The notes under the pieces were generated by a model, which saw only the letters and a program-made list of their open reading frames with translations, had not been told where the DNA came from and made no database searches. A DNA stretch of 64,000 nt from a virus (taxonomy: Duplodnaviria; Heunggongvirae; Uroviricota; Caudoviricetes): IMG/VR virus record IMGVR_UViG_3300046533_001163. One strand, 5' to 3'. The position numbers and the translations under genes were made by a program. Below, in pieces: positions 27,648 through 36,496 of this stretch (position 1 is its first letter; each line of letters opens with the position of its first letter).

Positions 27648-27842
27648 CTAGGATTTCTTCTTTTTCTTTTTACGATGTTCGGCCCTATCACCAGCACTAC
27701 CAATCGGCCAACCTTCCATTGAAACTCCGGCAACACCTGCCGAGCCAGCAATATTAAAACCGAGTTTCTGCAACCTGCTTTTTGGCACGGTCCCTACAAT
27801 AATTGCCCCGCCTTCTTTTAGCCATTCTTGAAACGTTTTCAT
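27648..27842 (-). CDS. Small basic late protein with capsid-targeting-like N-terminus
   Basis: MKTFQEWLKE..., C-terminal RKKKKKKS; TATATA-atat-ATG. Confidence 0.65.
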   Translation of the reverse strand: MKTFQEWLKEGGAIIVGTVPKSRLQKLGFNIAGSAGVAGVSMEGWPIGSAGDRAEHRKKKKKKS

Positions 27843-27858
27843 ATATTATATAACAAAA

Positions 27859-27883
27859 GCGGCCTAGGAAATTCCTAGGCCGC
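27859..27883 (-). terminator. Terminator hairpin insulating the late genes at 27091-27842
   Basis: GCGGCCTAGGAA-A-TTCCTAGGCCGC perfect inverted repeat followed by TTTTGTT on the minus strand. Confidence 0.75.
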
Positions 27884-27945
27884 TCACTATCCAAAAAGGA
27901 GACTTGGCTCCTGACAGAAATTATATACCAACTACGCTTTAATAA

Positions 27946-28440
27946 TTAAAAGCCGCCAACTATTTCATGCACTTCATCAACACTAATTCCTAACACTTTA
28001 GAAGCATTTTTAATCTTCTTATGAAGAAGGGTATAATTAGCCTTCATTCGCTTTACGTGCTCTTTCAACTGAGGGTGATCGGTATTATATAAAGCGTCCT
28101 CTCCCGCGTCCCAAACATCAGCATATGCATCGGCAACATCAATTTCACCAGAGCTAAAATAAGCACAAGCCAAAGATACATTATACACAATCGGGTGTTG
28201 AACTGTGACCTGTATATCGGTACTAGCCGTAACCGAAATAAGAGACTTTATTTCTCGTATAAGAGGATGTCCCGCTAGTTTGTTTTGTTCATCATACTGA
28301 ATATGGTAAATTTTCTGATTAATCTTGCTCTGCAACGCCTGCAAAGCTTTTAAATCATTAACGCTATCTATATCAACGCCTTTTTTAGCGCCCTTGATTT
28401 TAGTTTTAATAGCTTTAACTTTAGTTTTCATATTTTTCAT
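27946..28440 (-). CDS. Hypothetical protein, paralog family B
   Basis: Similar to 28971-29432 at both ends. Confidence 0.65.
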   Translation of the reverse strand: MKNMKTKVKAIKTKIKGAKKGVDIDSVNDLKALQALQSKINQKIYHIQYDEQNKLAGHPLIREIKSLISVTASTDIQVTVQHPIVYNVSLACAYFSSGEIDVADAYADVWDAGEDALYNTDHPQLKEHVKRMKANYTLLHKKIKNASKVLGISVDEVHEIVGGF

Positions 28441-28992
28441 TTAATCGCCTATTAATTGTTCAAGATCATGCATTCTAAGATTTGATACAAAGCCACATCT
28501 ATCATTATAATGGTATCTTGTATTCACGCAACCAGATGCAAACCGATTAATAAACTTACGCTTTTTACCAAACGGCCAAACTCTATATTTTAACAAATAA
28601 CTTAATACCGACCATCGCATAGAACTACCGCGCCAAAACTCGCCAGGCTCAATGCAAAAGGTGTGCTGGTTGGTAGTACAGTAAATCACAGCAGGGTTTT
28701 TTAACTTTAACTTGGCTTCAATATCGGACACGACCTTAATGCGTCCTGGATTATTTGTCGTAATAAAAAATGCTTTAAACTTTCCACTTCGGAAGTAATG
28801 TAAGTAACCCTGAAAAGAATCCCGACATGACATAGGATTCCATCCATTGGCCGAATAAACACTAGGAAGATAAAAACTAAAAGATGAGTCTACCGGAAAC
28901 GGAACTCCTTCTGGAAGTTCCGGCAAACTTTCTATGTAATTACGAGAAAACATGGCATCTCTCATTGTCCTCATAAATTGACTATGTCCCAA
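28441..28992 (-). CDS. Hypothetical protein, paralog family A
   Basis: CRDSFQ, FWRGSSMRWSV, SGCVNTRYHYN shared with 30054-30593. Confidence 0.65.
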   Translation of the reverse strand: MGHSQFMRTMRDAMFSRNYIESLPELPEGVPFPVDSSFSFYLPSVYSANGWNPMSCRDSFQGYLHYFRSGKFKAFFITTNNPGRIKVVSDIEAKLKLKNPAVIYCTTNQHTFCIEPGEFWRGSSMRWSVLSYLLKYRVWPFGKKRKFINRFASGCVNTRYHYNDRCGFVSNLRMHDLEQLIGD

Positions 28993-29432
28993 ACATCGCC
29001 CTCTGATATGCCGAATTCTTTCGCAGTCTTTAATACTTTTTCTCTAATCTGTTTTTGAATTATTCTAATATCCTTAATCCTTTGTTTTATTACAGGATGA
29101 TTGCCACCCTGTATTTTATTCTCTTCTACAGCAGGATAATAATCCCCTTTAAGTTCCACGTAGTCTACTGCAATTTCGCTGCCTTGATCGTATGAATCTA
29201 CGATTAGAGAAACTCTAAATTCCAGTGCTTTTTTAGAGGGCACAGTAACATCAAACTCACACCTTCCATTAATCTGCTGTGCCAATAAACGAATTTCTTT
29301 TACCAATGAAAAGCTTGAAAGCTTATTCTTCTTAGCACGATCCTGACTATCAATCTTAGATATTTTATTATCAATACTTTCTCTAAGCTTAGTCAAAACC
29401 TTACGATCATTAATTTTTTCAACATCAATCAT
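28971..29432 (-). CDS. Hypothetical protein, paralog family B
   Basis: INDRKVL..L...I..KI, HP.IK...., GIS...VWDIV. Confidence 0.65.
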   Translation of the reverse strand: MIDVEKINDRKVLTKLRESIDNKISKIDSQDRAKKNKLSSFSLVKEIRLLAQQINGRCEFDVTVPSKKALEFRVSLIVDSYDQGSEIAVDYVELKGDYYPAVEENKIQGGNHPVIKQRIKDIRIIQKQIREKVLKTAKEFGISEGDVWDIVNL

Positions 29433-30049
29433 ATCGCATCTCCCATAATTTTCTTGAGTTCTTTACGATTCACAAAGCATTTATCAACTTGCTTCGGAGT
29501 TAAATTATAAAAATGATCACACCAGCCAGTAAATTTAGGCGCATCATAATAACTATAACCATTATTATGCCTAAAAGTCTGATAGCGTACATAATGATTG
29601 CCGTTTAAAAACTTATTAACGGCAACCCTCGTATTGCGCGATGAAAAATACTCTGACCTACGTATCGTAGAAACAACGTTGGCCCTATAGCTTCTACCGG
29701 CTCTTATTAAAGCTGTCAGTAAAGAAAACCTAACTCTCTTCATCCAAAAACCGGTCAGCTTAATACAAACAATATTCTTTCCGTCAGTTCTATATCCATT
29801 ACACCGAAATCTTTTGGGTACCTTAGACTTAATCTGAAAATCTTTCAAAAATTTTATAATATTTCCTAAGTGAGCGCCACTCTTACACTGATAAAACAAT
29901 CTTCTCGGATACGGATTATAGCGAAACGTATCATCCACAGATTCACGACAATACTCCCAATACTGGTAATTGTCGTTTACTAAATAAAATGAATCTTTAT
30001 ATTCTCCATAAATATCATCGTTAGATGGAGCTTTAATCAATCTTTTCAT
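29429..30049 (-). CDS. Hypothetical protein, paralog family A (divergent)
   Basis: YCRES, FWMKRVRFSLLTALIRAG. Confidence 0.65.
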   Translation of the reverse strand: MKRLIKAPSNDDIYGEYKDSFYLVNDNYQYWEYCRESVDDTFRYNPYPRRLFYQCKSGAHLGNIIKFLKDFQIKSKVPKRFRCNGYRTDGKNIVCIKLTGFWMKRVRFSLLTALIRAGRSYRANVVSTIRRSEYFSSRNTRVAVNKFLNGNHYVRYQTFRHNNGYSYYDAPKFTGWCDHFYNLTPKQVDKCFVNRKELKKIMGDAI

Positions 30050-30053
30050 TAAG

Positions 30054-30593
30054 TCACCTACAGATTAACTTGGAAACATCAGGAAGTAATTTTAAATTTT
30101 CAAAAATACCAAAATCAGGATTGTAATGAATCGCCGTGTTCACACAGCCTGATTTAAACTTTGCTAAAAATTCTTTTTTCAAATCAGTATCAAAGTATGG
30201 GCCAACATACCCCCGAGCCTTAAATACAGAACTAAAAACAGAAAGCCTCATCGGACTAGCAAGCCAAAATTTGCTCATTTCAATATAAGTGATACGTTTC
30301 TCATCAGTAGGAAAAAAATTAGTGCGATCTAAAGTATCAATATTTAATTCTTGTTCAATATCTTGAACCGGCTGAATATGCATTTTAGATGCACCCTCTG
30401 GTGCTCTCAAATAAAGAATGTGTCTTTTATCTTCGCTAATTTTCAAAATTCTGCTCTGAAATACGTCCCTGCAAAGATACCACGCTTTATCTGTAAAGCT
30501 GAGAAAGTCAGCTATTAAAAATGGATACGACGAGAAATCATAATTAGCATGTGTTGGGGGTATCTTTACACTAGATTTAAATGGCCAAAACAT
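30054..30593 (-). CDS. Hypothetical protein, paralog family A
   Basis: CRDVFQ, FWLASPMRLSV, SGCVNTAIHYN; start taken at MFWPF (30593). Confidence 0.65.
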   Translation of the reverse strand: MFWPFKSSVKIPPTHANYDFSSYPFLIADFLSFTDKAWYLCRDVFQSRILKISEDKRHILYLRAPEGASKMHIQPVQDIEQELNIDTLDRTNFFPTDEKRITYIEMSKFWLASPMRLSVFSSVFKARGYVGPYFDTDLKKEFLAKFKSGCVNTAIHYNPDFGIFENLKLLPDVSKLICR

Positions 30594-30594
30594 A

Positions 30595-30828
30595 TTAGAC
30601 CTCTTTATAACCTTTTGCCGTTTTCTCTTTAACCATCTTAGACACATGCTTAATGGCATCGTCGTTACTTGAGAATTCCTTAATACTAAAACTGCCAGCA
30701 GCGCCTATCTTGCCATACTTAAAAAATACTACGTCTTCTTCACAAAAAACGCTCCAGAACTTATTAGACCGCCCCTTCGTAAATTCAAACCTACGAAAGA
30801 CTTCTTTAACGCCATCTAGTTTTTTCAT
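30595..30828 (-). CDS. WGR-domain protein
   Basis: SNKFWSV...YGKIGAAG.....F....A.....K...EK..KGY. Confidence 0.85.
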   Translation of the reverse strand: MKKLDGVKEVFRRFEFTKGRSNKFWSVFCEEDVVFFKYGKIGAAGSFSIKEFSSNDDAIKHVSKMVKEKTAKGYKEV

Positions 30829-30854
30829 AATTGTACTTTTAGAAAGGAAGGCCA

Positions 30855-30883
30855 AATATACCACATTTTGTCAAGCCGGTCAA
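30855..30883 (-). promoter_or_regulatory. sigma70-type promoter
   Basis: TTGACC-17 nt-TATATT with TG extension, upstream of the WGR gene and paralog array. Confidence 0.55.
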
Positions 30884-30917
30884 TCTCTCCTAAGCAGAAT
30901 TTTTGTGGTAAAGCCGC

Positions 30918-31397
30918 CTATTGTGATACAAAAACAGCACACCAATAATACATGCTATTATCGCCGCAGGCAACACCTATTCCAATATGAGAATAATCTC
31001 CTAGCATATTTTTTCTATGACCAGAAGAATTTTCCCACATAGTAATTACTGCTTCGGGGTCATACCAAGATTCGTCGGCGATATTTTCACCTATCGCACT
31101 AAAAGACTTTCCGACTTTCTCTACTCTGTCCCATGGCTCTTCGCCATTATCATTTTTGTGAGAAAGCTTGCCTGCACGCGCCATCCAGTCAGCATGTCGT
31201 TGAGCAACAGAACAAATAATAGCATCCTTAGTTAAATCAGCTTTCCCATTATTAAAACGAAAAGCATTAACGTAATGGAGCAGCTTATCTGTTTTTTCAT
31301 CATAGGCTGACACCGCAGTATTAAACGGCGTCTGATGATGGCAACTTACCGCGCAACATAAGAAAAGAATAATAACGATTTTTTGGAACATTTTCAA
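30918..31397 (-). CDS. CAP/SCP-domain lipoprotein
   Basis: Signal peptide with AVS-C lipobox; VNAFR, AQRHADWMA....LSH, GENIA, W.NSSGHRKNML, IGIGVA. Confidence 0.88.
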   Translation of the reverse strand: MKMFQKIVIILFLCCAVSCHHQTPFNTAVSAYDEKTDKLLHYVNAFRFNNGKADLTKDAIICSVAQRHADWMARAGKLSHKNDNGEEPWDRVEKVGKSFSAIGENIADESWYDPEAVITMWENSSGHRKNMLGDYSHIGIGVACGDNSMYYWCAVFVSQ

Positions 31398-31400
31398 TCC

Positions 31401-31607
31401 CTATAAATGGCTAATGTCTGCATCATGCTGCCTTGGCAGATTCTTAGCATCATTTTCATCCATGATGATAAGCTCGGGAACCCCATCTTGCCAAACAGTA
31501 ATGCCAATTACGTTGTCTAAGTTAGAGCACTTGACGCAGGTCTTGGTACTAGGAAGAGCTTCAAGGCGCTCTTTAGGAATCTTCTTACCGCAGGTTTCGC
31601 ACAACAT
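31401..31607 (-). CDS. TraR/DksA C4-type zinc-finger protein
   Basis: CETCGKKIPKERLEALPSTKTCVKC. Confidence 0.85.
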   Translation of the reverse strand: MLCETCGKKIPKERLEALPSTKTCVKCSNLDNVIGITVWQDGVPELIIMDENDAKNLPRQHDADISHL

Positions 31608-31630
31608 AATCTGTATCTAGAATAGTAGTC

Positions 31631-31825
31631 CTAGTTTTTAAAATCACTACGACTAAAAATTATAATAGGAAACGCTATAAAAAAATACAAAGATGCTGCG
31701 GCACAAACCCATATTGCCCTACCGTCTAATACATTCAACCAGCACATAGCTTGCAAAAGCCAAGCCCCAATGTAGTCAAAAGAAAACCAAGTTTTCTTAA
31801 AGTACTTAAAGTACTGGCGAAACAT
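31631..31825 (-). CDS. Small two-TM membrane protein
   Basis: 64 aa, hydrophobic. Confidence 0.5.
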   Translation of the reverse strand: MFRQYFKYFKKTWFSFDYIGAWLLQAMCWLNVLDGRAIWVCAAASLYFFIAFPIIIFSRSDFKN

Positions 31826-31827
31826 GA

Positions 31828-32079
31828 TTATCGTCCGAATCGGAACCCGAAGCCAAAATATGGCTGGTAGTATGGCTGATTATAGTAATAAGGGTTATTA
31901 TAATAATACGGCTGGTTGTAATAGGGGCGATTGTAGTATGGGTTCCCATAATACTGGCGACCATATGGGCGATTATAATTGTTATTCGGCCCACCTACAC
32001 CAACTCCAAGTCCCCATCCCGCATCACTTACGGCGGGAGCACACAAAAATAAAGCAACAGCAATCAATAGTTTTTTCAT
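31828..32079 (-). CDS. Secreted Tyr/Asn/Pro-repeat peptide
   Basis: Signal peptide MKKLLIAVALFLCAPAVSDA, then repeated YY(N/G)xPY. Confidence 0.65.
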   Translation of the reverse strand: MKKLLIAVALFLCAPAVSDAGWGLGVGVGGPNNNYNRPYGRQYYGNPYYNRPYYNQPYYYNNPYYYNQPYYQPYFGFGFRFGR

Positions 32080-32100
32080 GATTTTTTTCTCCAATTATAT

Positions 32101-32385
32101 TTATATTTCCGAACGAACATCTTCAACAAGCATCACGTACTCTTGTGCTTTTTTCAGTACTTTCAGACAAAGACTTTTGACAATGCTATCATAATTATTC
32201 CGCAAAGTGCCAACCTCAAACCTGTTATAAACTAAATAACCGCCATTATTAGTATCAATAATACCTATATTCCATAGGCCCATATCGTATATTCCAACGG
32301 ATAATCCCCGGCGTGAAAACTGGTAGCCATTCAGGCTCTTCCTTGCGAAACCTTTTTCCATCAAATAAGCCATATCATCTTCCAT
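32101..32385 (-). CDS. Hypothetical protein
   Basis: 94 aa, packed. Confidence 0.5.
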   Translation of the reverse strand: MEDDMAYLMEKGFARKSLNGYQFSRRGLSVGIYDMGLWNIGIIDTNNGGYLVYNRFEVGTLRNNYDSIVKSLCLKVLKKAQEYVMLVEDVRSEI

Positions 32386-32388
32386 ACT

Positions 32389-32748
32389 TCACCATCCCAT
32401 AGTTCTTTTAGCGCCATCACGATATTCTTTGGTCAAATGATTTAACTGAAATAAAGTACGATTTGCGTTGAATTGCTTAAGCACTTTATTATCGTGAGAC
32501 GCCATCATCTTGTCACTAATCGCATCAACGCCTTCAAGGCCAGAGTCTATATTTCGCATGTCTACCATAATTCTATACTCAGAAGAATTACGCCACTCTT
32601 GAATTGACTTAAACTTTTTTCCGTCAACAATGAATCCAGAAGTGCTTCTTTTCTCAAAAAGGCCAGGGCGAGGTGGATGAGGAATCTTATCCGCAGCCAT
32701 AACCAAAGTAGAACTCCACACCAACACCGCAAACGTAAAAATACGCAT
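32389..32748 (-). CDS. Hypothetical secreted protein
   Basis: N-terminal signal peptide, AGGAG SD. Confidence 0.55.
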   Translation of the reverse strand: MRIFTFAVLVWSSTLVMAADKIPHPPRPGLFEKRSTSGFIVDGKKFKSIQEWRNSSEYRIMVDMRNIDSGLEGVDAISDKMMASHDNKVLKQFNANRTLFQLNHLTKEYRDGAKRTMGW

Positions 32749-32763
32749 GATCTTTCTCCTGTA

Positions 32764-32865
32764 TTAGAAAAAATAGTTCCAGTGCTTTTTAACCCATCGG
32801 TAAGCAAATGGAAAGCCAATGATGCAAGCCAAAATAACAAACAATTGAAGTATTAAATCAAACAT
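32764..32865 (-). CDS. 33-aa single-TM peptide (not in ORF track)
   Basis: MFDLILQLFVILACIIGFPFAYRWVKKHWNYFF; AGGAG SD, fills the gap between genes. Confidence 0.6.
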   Translation of the reverse strand: MFDLILQLFVILACIIGFPFAYRWVKKHWNYFF

Positions 32866-33184
32866 TTTTTAACTCCTCCCGCCAATCATTCAAGCCACAA
32901 ATAATTTCATAATATTCCAAAATTGATTTTCTTAAACTATTTTCTAGTTGTTCCTCAAGCTGGCCCAGGGGAACATAGAAGGCAAATTTTCCGCCAACAG
33001 CAATAGTCCAATTACCATAACCAGTATTGGTAATTTTTATTTTACTGTTTTCATATGTTTCAGCAGGTGTTTGGAATGAAAATAAGCTAACAGAATGGCT
33101 ATTGACCGAAAACGGAGAGTTAAGATTAGCCTTAACCGCAATTTTTTCAAATCCAATGCTTAATAAATAATCATAGTCACTCAT
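32858..33184 (-). CDS. Hypothetical protein
   Basis: 108 aa, 4-nt overlap with the upstream gene. Confidence 0.55.
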   Translation of the reverse strand: MSDYDYLLSIGFEKIAVKANLNSPFSVNSHSVSLFSFQTPAETYENSKIKITNTGYGNWTIAVGGKFAFYVPLGQLEEQLENSLRKSILEYYEIICGLNDWREELKNV

Positions 33185-33468
33185 TGCTTGTACTCATCTA
33201 AATCGCCATTTTTAACAATACACTTATCCTCATACGGAGCCACTAGTCTACGATTAAACTCTAAGCCAGCAGCATTGAATACTTCCTGTGCTCGGCTAAG
33301 ATTAGCGTATCGCCAGCCGGCATCTGGCTTCATTGAAGCCGCAACAATTCTAGTAATCGTATAATTACAATTACCCTCTAAGCTATCTGGATAAGACTTC
33401 AATAAAGTAATTAGCTCATCAATTTTAGGATTTAATACTGATCGAATATCAATAGGAACGTACGGCAT
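33181..33468 (-). CDS. Conserved phage protein (G.xNY.IT...EF.RR..APYED..NGD family)
   Basis: Motif recognisable from small phage proteins; function unknown. Confidence 0.6.
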   Translation of the reverse strand: MPYVPIDIRSVLNPKIDELITLLKSYPDSLEGNCNYTITRIVAASMKPDAGWRYANLSRAQEVFNAAGLEFNRRLVAPYEDKCIVKNGDLDEYKQ

Positions 33469-33494
33469 AATAACTACCTTTAATAAAAAACTAA

Positions 33495-33716
33495 TTAATC
33501 AACTGTAAAGCTTGCAATAACATCATTATCAAAACGAACTTCTACATCCACATATTCACCACCAGCATGACTTACTTGCTGAAAAGTAAGTCTTTGTTTT
33601 AAAACCTGCTTTACCAATTCGGTAAAGCACTCCATTTGTTTCACAGACTGATTGCTACCCGGCAACCAAGTGCAGTTATTGCCAAACAAACCCGCCAACG
33701 CTTGTTCTGTTTTCAT
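33495..33716 (-). CDS. Hypothetical protein
   Basis: 73 aa, AGGA SD. Confidence 0.5.
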   Translation of the reverse strand: MKTEQALAGLFGNNCTWLPGSNQSVKQMECFTELVKQVLKQRLTFQQVSHAGGEYVDVEVRFDNDVIASFTVD

Positions 33717-33779
33717 GACTTGTTCCTAGATTATGGATACTTTTACCAATTTTACTAGAAAAAACCCAACAATGCAATA

Positions 33780-35159
33780 TCAATTTTTGGGTTTTGAGAA
33801 TTTTGTTAAAAACTCATTAACTGTTTGATCAAAAACATTTTTAGTTTTTTTAGTGAAGGCGCATGGCAATGAAACCTGTTTAATCGCTTCCACAATCTTC
33901 TGGTCACTTTTAGCCAAAACATCCTTCAACTTATCAAAGAAGACACTAGAGTTTGCTTTAGTGATTTTCTTCATTCCACTAAAATTCTCCTGCCATATCT
34001 TTTGAGTAATTTGCTTATTCTCCTCATACTTTTCTTTATACTCGGCATTTATCTGATTAACTTTATCAATAGAATCTTGCGCTAAAGATTTAGTCCAGTT
34101 CCATGCCTGTAATGCAGGAATGGTACAAATAAACTTCATCATCTGATCTTCTAGCTCATACATTTCGTCCGGGCCATCGCCAGCAAAAAAATCTTCTATC
34201 TGCTTAGAGTTCATGCCTTTGAGAAATTCTTCTTCTAACGTTTCGCTGATTAATTCAAAAACATCAAAATCATATGTGATATGGCGCACTTCGCGGCCTG
34301 GTTCATGAACATCAAAAGACTCGCCAGTATAACAACTATAAAGCCACTCGCCCAAAAACTCAAAACTCAAAAGACGATCTGATTTTCCAGTATTAACAAA
34401 CTCTAGTTCGCCAGAACAATCCCACTCTGGATCTTTATCATAATTAACATTAAAAGTTGGTCCTTCTAATACCCACTCGGAATACATCTGACAAATAACA
34501 AGAGCAATTTTCTTTCTTAGAGAACATCTAACTTTTAGAAAATCAAACTTATCTCTATTTTTTGCGTACCAAGTAGATTCATTAAATATAACTTCTTTAT
34601 ACTTAACTTCCTCCGAATGCATCAATTCATGTTCTGAAAATTGTTCCTGCAATATATCAGACGTTCGCTCTGGATAATCGTACTCCAACAAAGCCTGGTT
34701 TAAAAAACTATCGGCATAAAATTTCTCCCCACAAGTGTCGCAAGTAGAGAATATATTAAATAAATTATGATCATCTAATTCTGCCGGAAGCCTATGGCCA
34801 TGATGAATTTCTTTAGAAAGATACTCTACAAACTCTTCTTTACGCTCTTCTAAAGTTTCAGTTTTATATGGAGACATATAACTATCAATAACATTAATCT
34901 CGTCTGCCACTTCGTCTAACCATAAGTTAGCATTCCCAGTTAGTTGCTTAATCTGCTTTTCGGTAGATGCGTAAAAGAAATTACCACATTGAAAACAAAT
35001 GCACACAGGACCATTCTTAGTTGCGTCATGTTTTAATAAATGATTCTGACAAGACGGACAAGTTAAGAAGTGACTTTTGTCAGAACTCTTCTGACGACTT
35101 ATAGTTCCACGCTTAACTAATTTATCAAATAAATGTTTATTCATACAGTTAGTCTCCAC
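33780..35159 (-). CDS. Hypothetical acidic protein with Zn-ribbon motifs
   Basis: CPSC..CFQC near the N-terminus, CDTC; directly downstream of dnaE-N. Confidence 0.7.
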   Translation of the reverse strand: METNCMNKHLFDKLVKRGTISRQKSSDKSHFLTCPSCQNHLLKHDATKNGPVCICFQCGNFFYASTEKQIKQLTGNANLWLDEVADEINVIDSYMSPYKTETLEERKEEFVEYLSKEIHHGHRLPAELDDHNLFNIFSTCDTCGEKFYADSFLNQALLEYDYPERTSDILQEQFSEHELMHSEEVKYKEVIFNESTWYAKNRDKFDFLKVRCSLRKKIALVICQMYSEWVLEGPTFNVNYDKDPEWDCSGELEFVNTGKSDRLLSFEFLGEWLYSCYTGESFDVHEPGREVRHITYDFDVFELISETLEEEFLKGMNSKQIEDFFAGDGPDEMYELEDQMMKFICTIPALQAWNWTKSLAQDSIDKVNQINAEYKEKYEENKQITQKIWQENFSGMKKITKANSSVFFDKLKDVLAKSDQKIVEAIKQVSLPCAFTKKTKNVFDQTVNEFLTKFSKPKN

Positions 35160-35161
35160 TA

Positions 35162-36496
35162 TTATTTATCGGCTACTGGCTCCAATAAATTAATATCAAA
35201 CTTATAGTCAATAGCCCGGCCTCGTGCCTCGCTCAAAAACCTACTAAATAGCAATCCGTGGTGCACACTATCAATATCTGTAATGCCCATTGTATAGAGC
35301 ACTAGGCTTGACGCTGCACTACCTCTGCCTGGATTAATAGCATTGGTTTCACTAGTTCCCAAAACATCTCTACAATACCTGCGAGCTTCATCAATCACTT
35401 GTTGTTGTATAAGAAAATACGATGAAAATCCTTTACGGGTAATCAAATCATACTCTTCCGCAATTCTCTTCTTGTACTCAGTTGTGTTAGGAAGATTTCG
35501 TTTTTTAAAACCAACTTTAATTGCTTCTTTTAACTTTTCGTCAGCATCAGGTATTTCCGGCAGTTTAATAGATCGGTCAATCCTAACGCCTTCTGCCATC
35601 TGACAAATTCTTACAGTATTACGCTTTGCTTCTTGATAAATGTCTAGTGGAATAATATCACTAAAATCGTTCTCCCACTTTTCATTTAACTGTTGTTCAT
35701 TCTTGAAATAAATTTGCTTATCTTGTACCTCAAACATATCGTTACCAGCCGCAACTAACTTATCTAGTTCAGCTCTAGTTCTCTTACTTTGAACCAACAG
35801 TAAATTTGTTTGCGCTTCGTGATCTTGCTGGTCCACATAATGCACATCATTAGTTAATACCATATGAATGTTGTGCTTTAAATGCATCTTTACCAAAAAC
35901 TGGTTGAACGCTCGTTGTGGCGCATAATCAATCATCATCATTTCAAGATAATAATTATCACCAAACACAGAACGATAATCTAGAATCATTGCTTCGGCTG
36001 CATCTTCACCATGATTAACAAATGCCTGTCCTACTTCCCCCATAATACAGCAAGAGCCAACAATTAATCCTTCAGAAAACTTCTTAAGAACGTCCCAGTT
36101 AACTCTAGGCTTGTAATAAAAGCCATGTATCTCGGCAAAACTAGTAATCTGTACTAGGTTGCTGTATCCTACATTACTAGCCGCAATTAAAAGAAGATGA
36201 TAAGATTTCTTAATCTTAACTCGTTCTTCTGGGGGTAGGTCAGCAAAAGTATCTGGGTTATGCGCTCGCTGTATGTATATTTCACAAGCAATTACCGGCT
36301 TTGTCCCAAATTTATCACATGCTCTTAGCTGTGATGGAACAGCAGCCATTGATCCATGATCGCTCAAGCAAAGATACTGATGATTATTTTTCTTTGCTTT
36401 CTCAGCGTATTGATGGCAGAAACCAACAGCATCTAGAATACTCGCTTCAGCACTATGAAGATGAAGATGCTCAAATCCAGTAATTTCCTGTTTCAT
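35162..36496 (-). CDS. dnaE: DNA polymerase III alpha, N-terminal polypeptide (PHP domain and start of palm)
   Basis: HLHLHS, LSDHG, IACEIY, YHLLL, YYKPRV, TNDVHY, YFLI, PGRGSAASSLVLY..GITDID, LLFSRFL; stops just before the PDxDxD motif. Confidence 0.92.
   Translation of the reverse strand: MKQEITGFEHLHLHSAEASILDAVGFCHQYAEKAKKNNHQYLCLSDHGSMAAVPSQLRACDKFGTKPVIACEIYIQRAHNPDTFADLPPEERVKIKKSYHLLLIAASNVGYSNLVQITSFAEIHGFYYKPRVNWDVLKKFSEGLIVGSCCIMGEVGQAFVNHGEDAAEAMILDYRSVFGDNYYLEMMMIDYAPQRAFNQFLVKMHLKHNIHMVLTNDVHYVDQQDHEAQTNLLLVQSKRTRAELDKLVAAGNDMFEVQDKQIYFKNEQQLNEKWENDFSDIIPLDIYQEAKRNTVRICQMAEGVRIDRSIKLPEIPDADEKLKEAIKVGFKKRNLPNTTEYKKRIAEEYDLITRKGFSSYFLIQQQVIDEARRYCRDVLGTSETNAINPGRGSAASSLVLYTMGITDIDSVHHGLLFSRFLSEARGRAIDYKFDINLLEPVADK

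Noticed and set aside
22084-36496. Split intein or intron as the cause of the dnaE split
   Set aside because: No intein N-terminal Cys block or C-terminal His-Asn at either junction; the halves are on opposite strands, which excludes cis-splicing.
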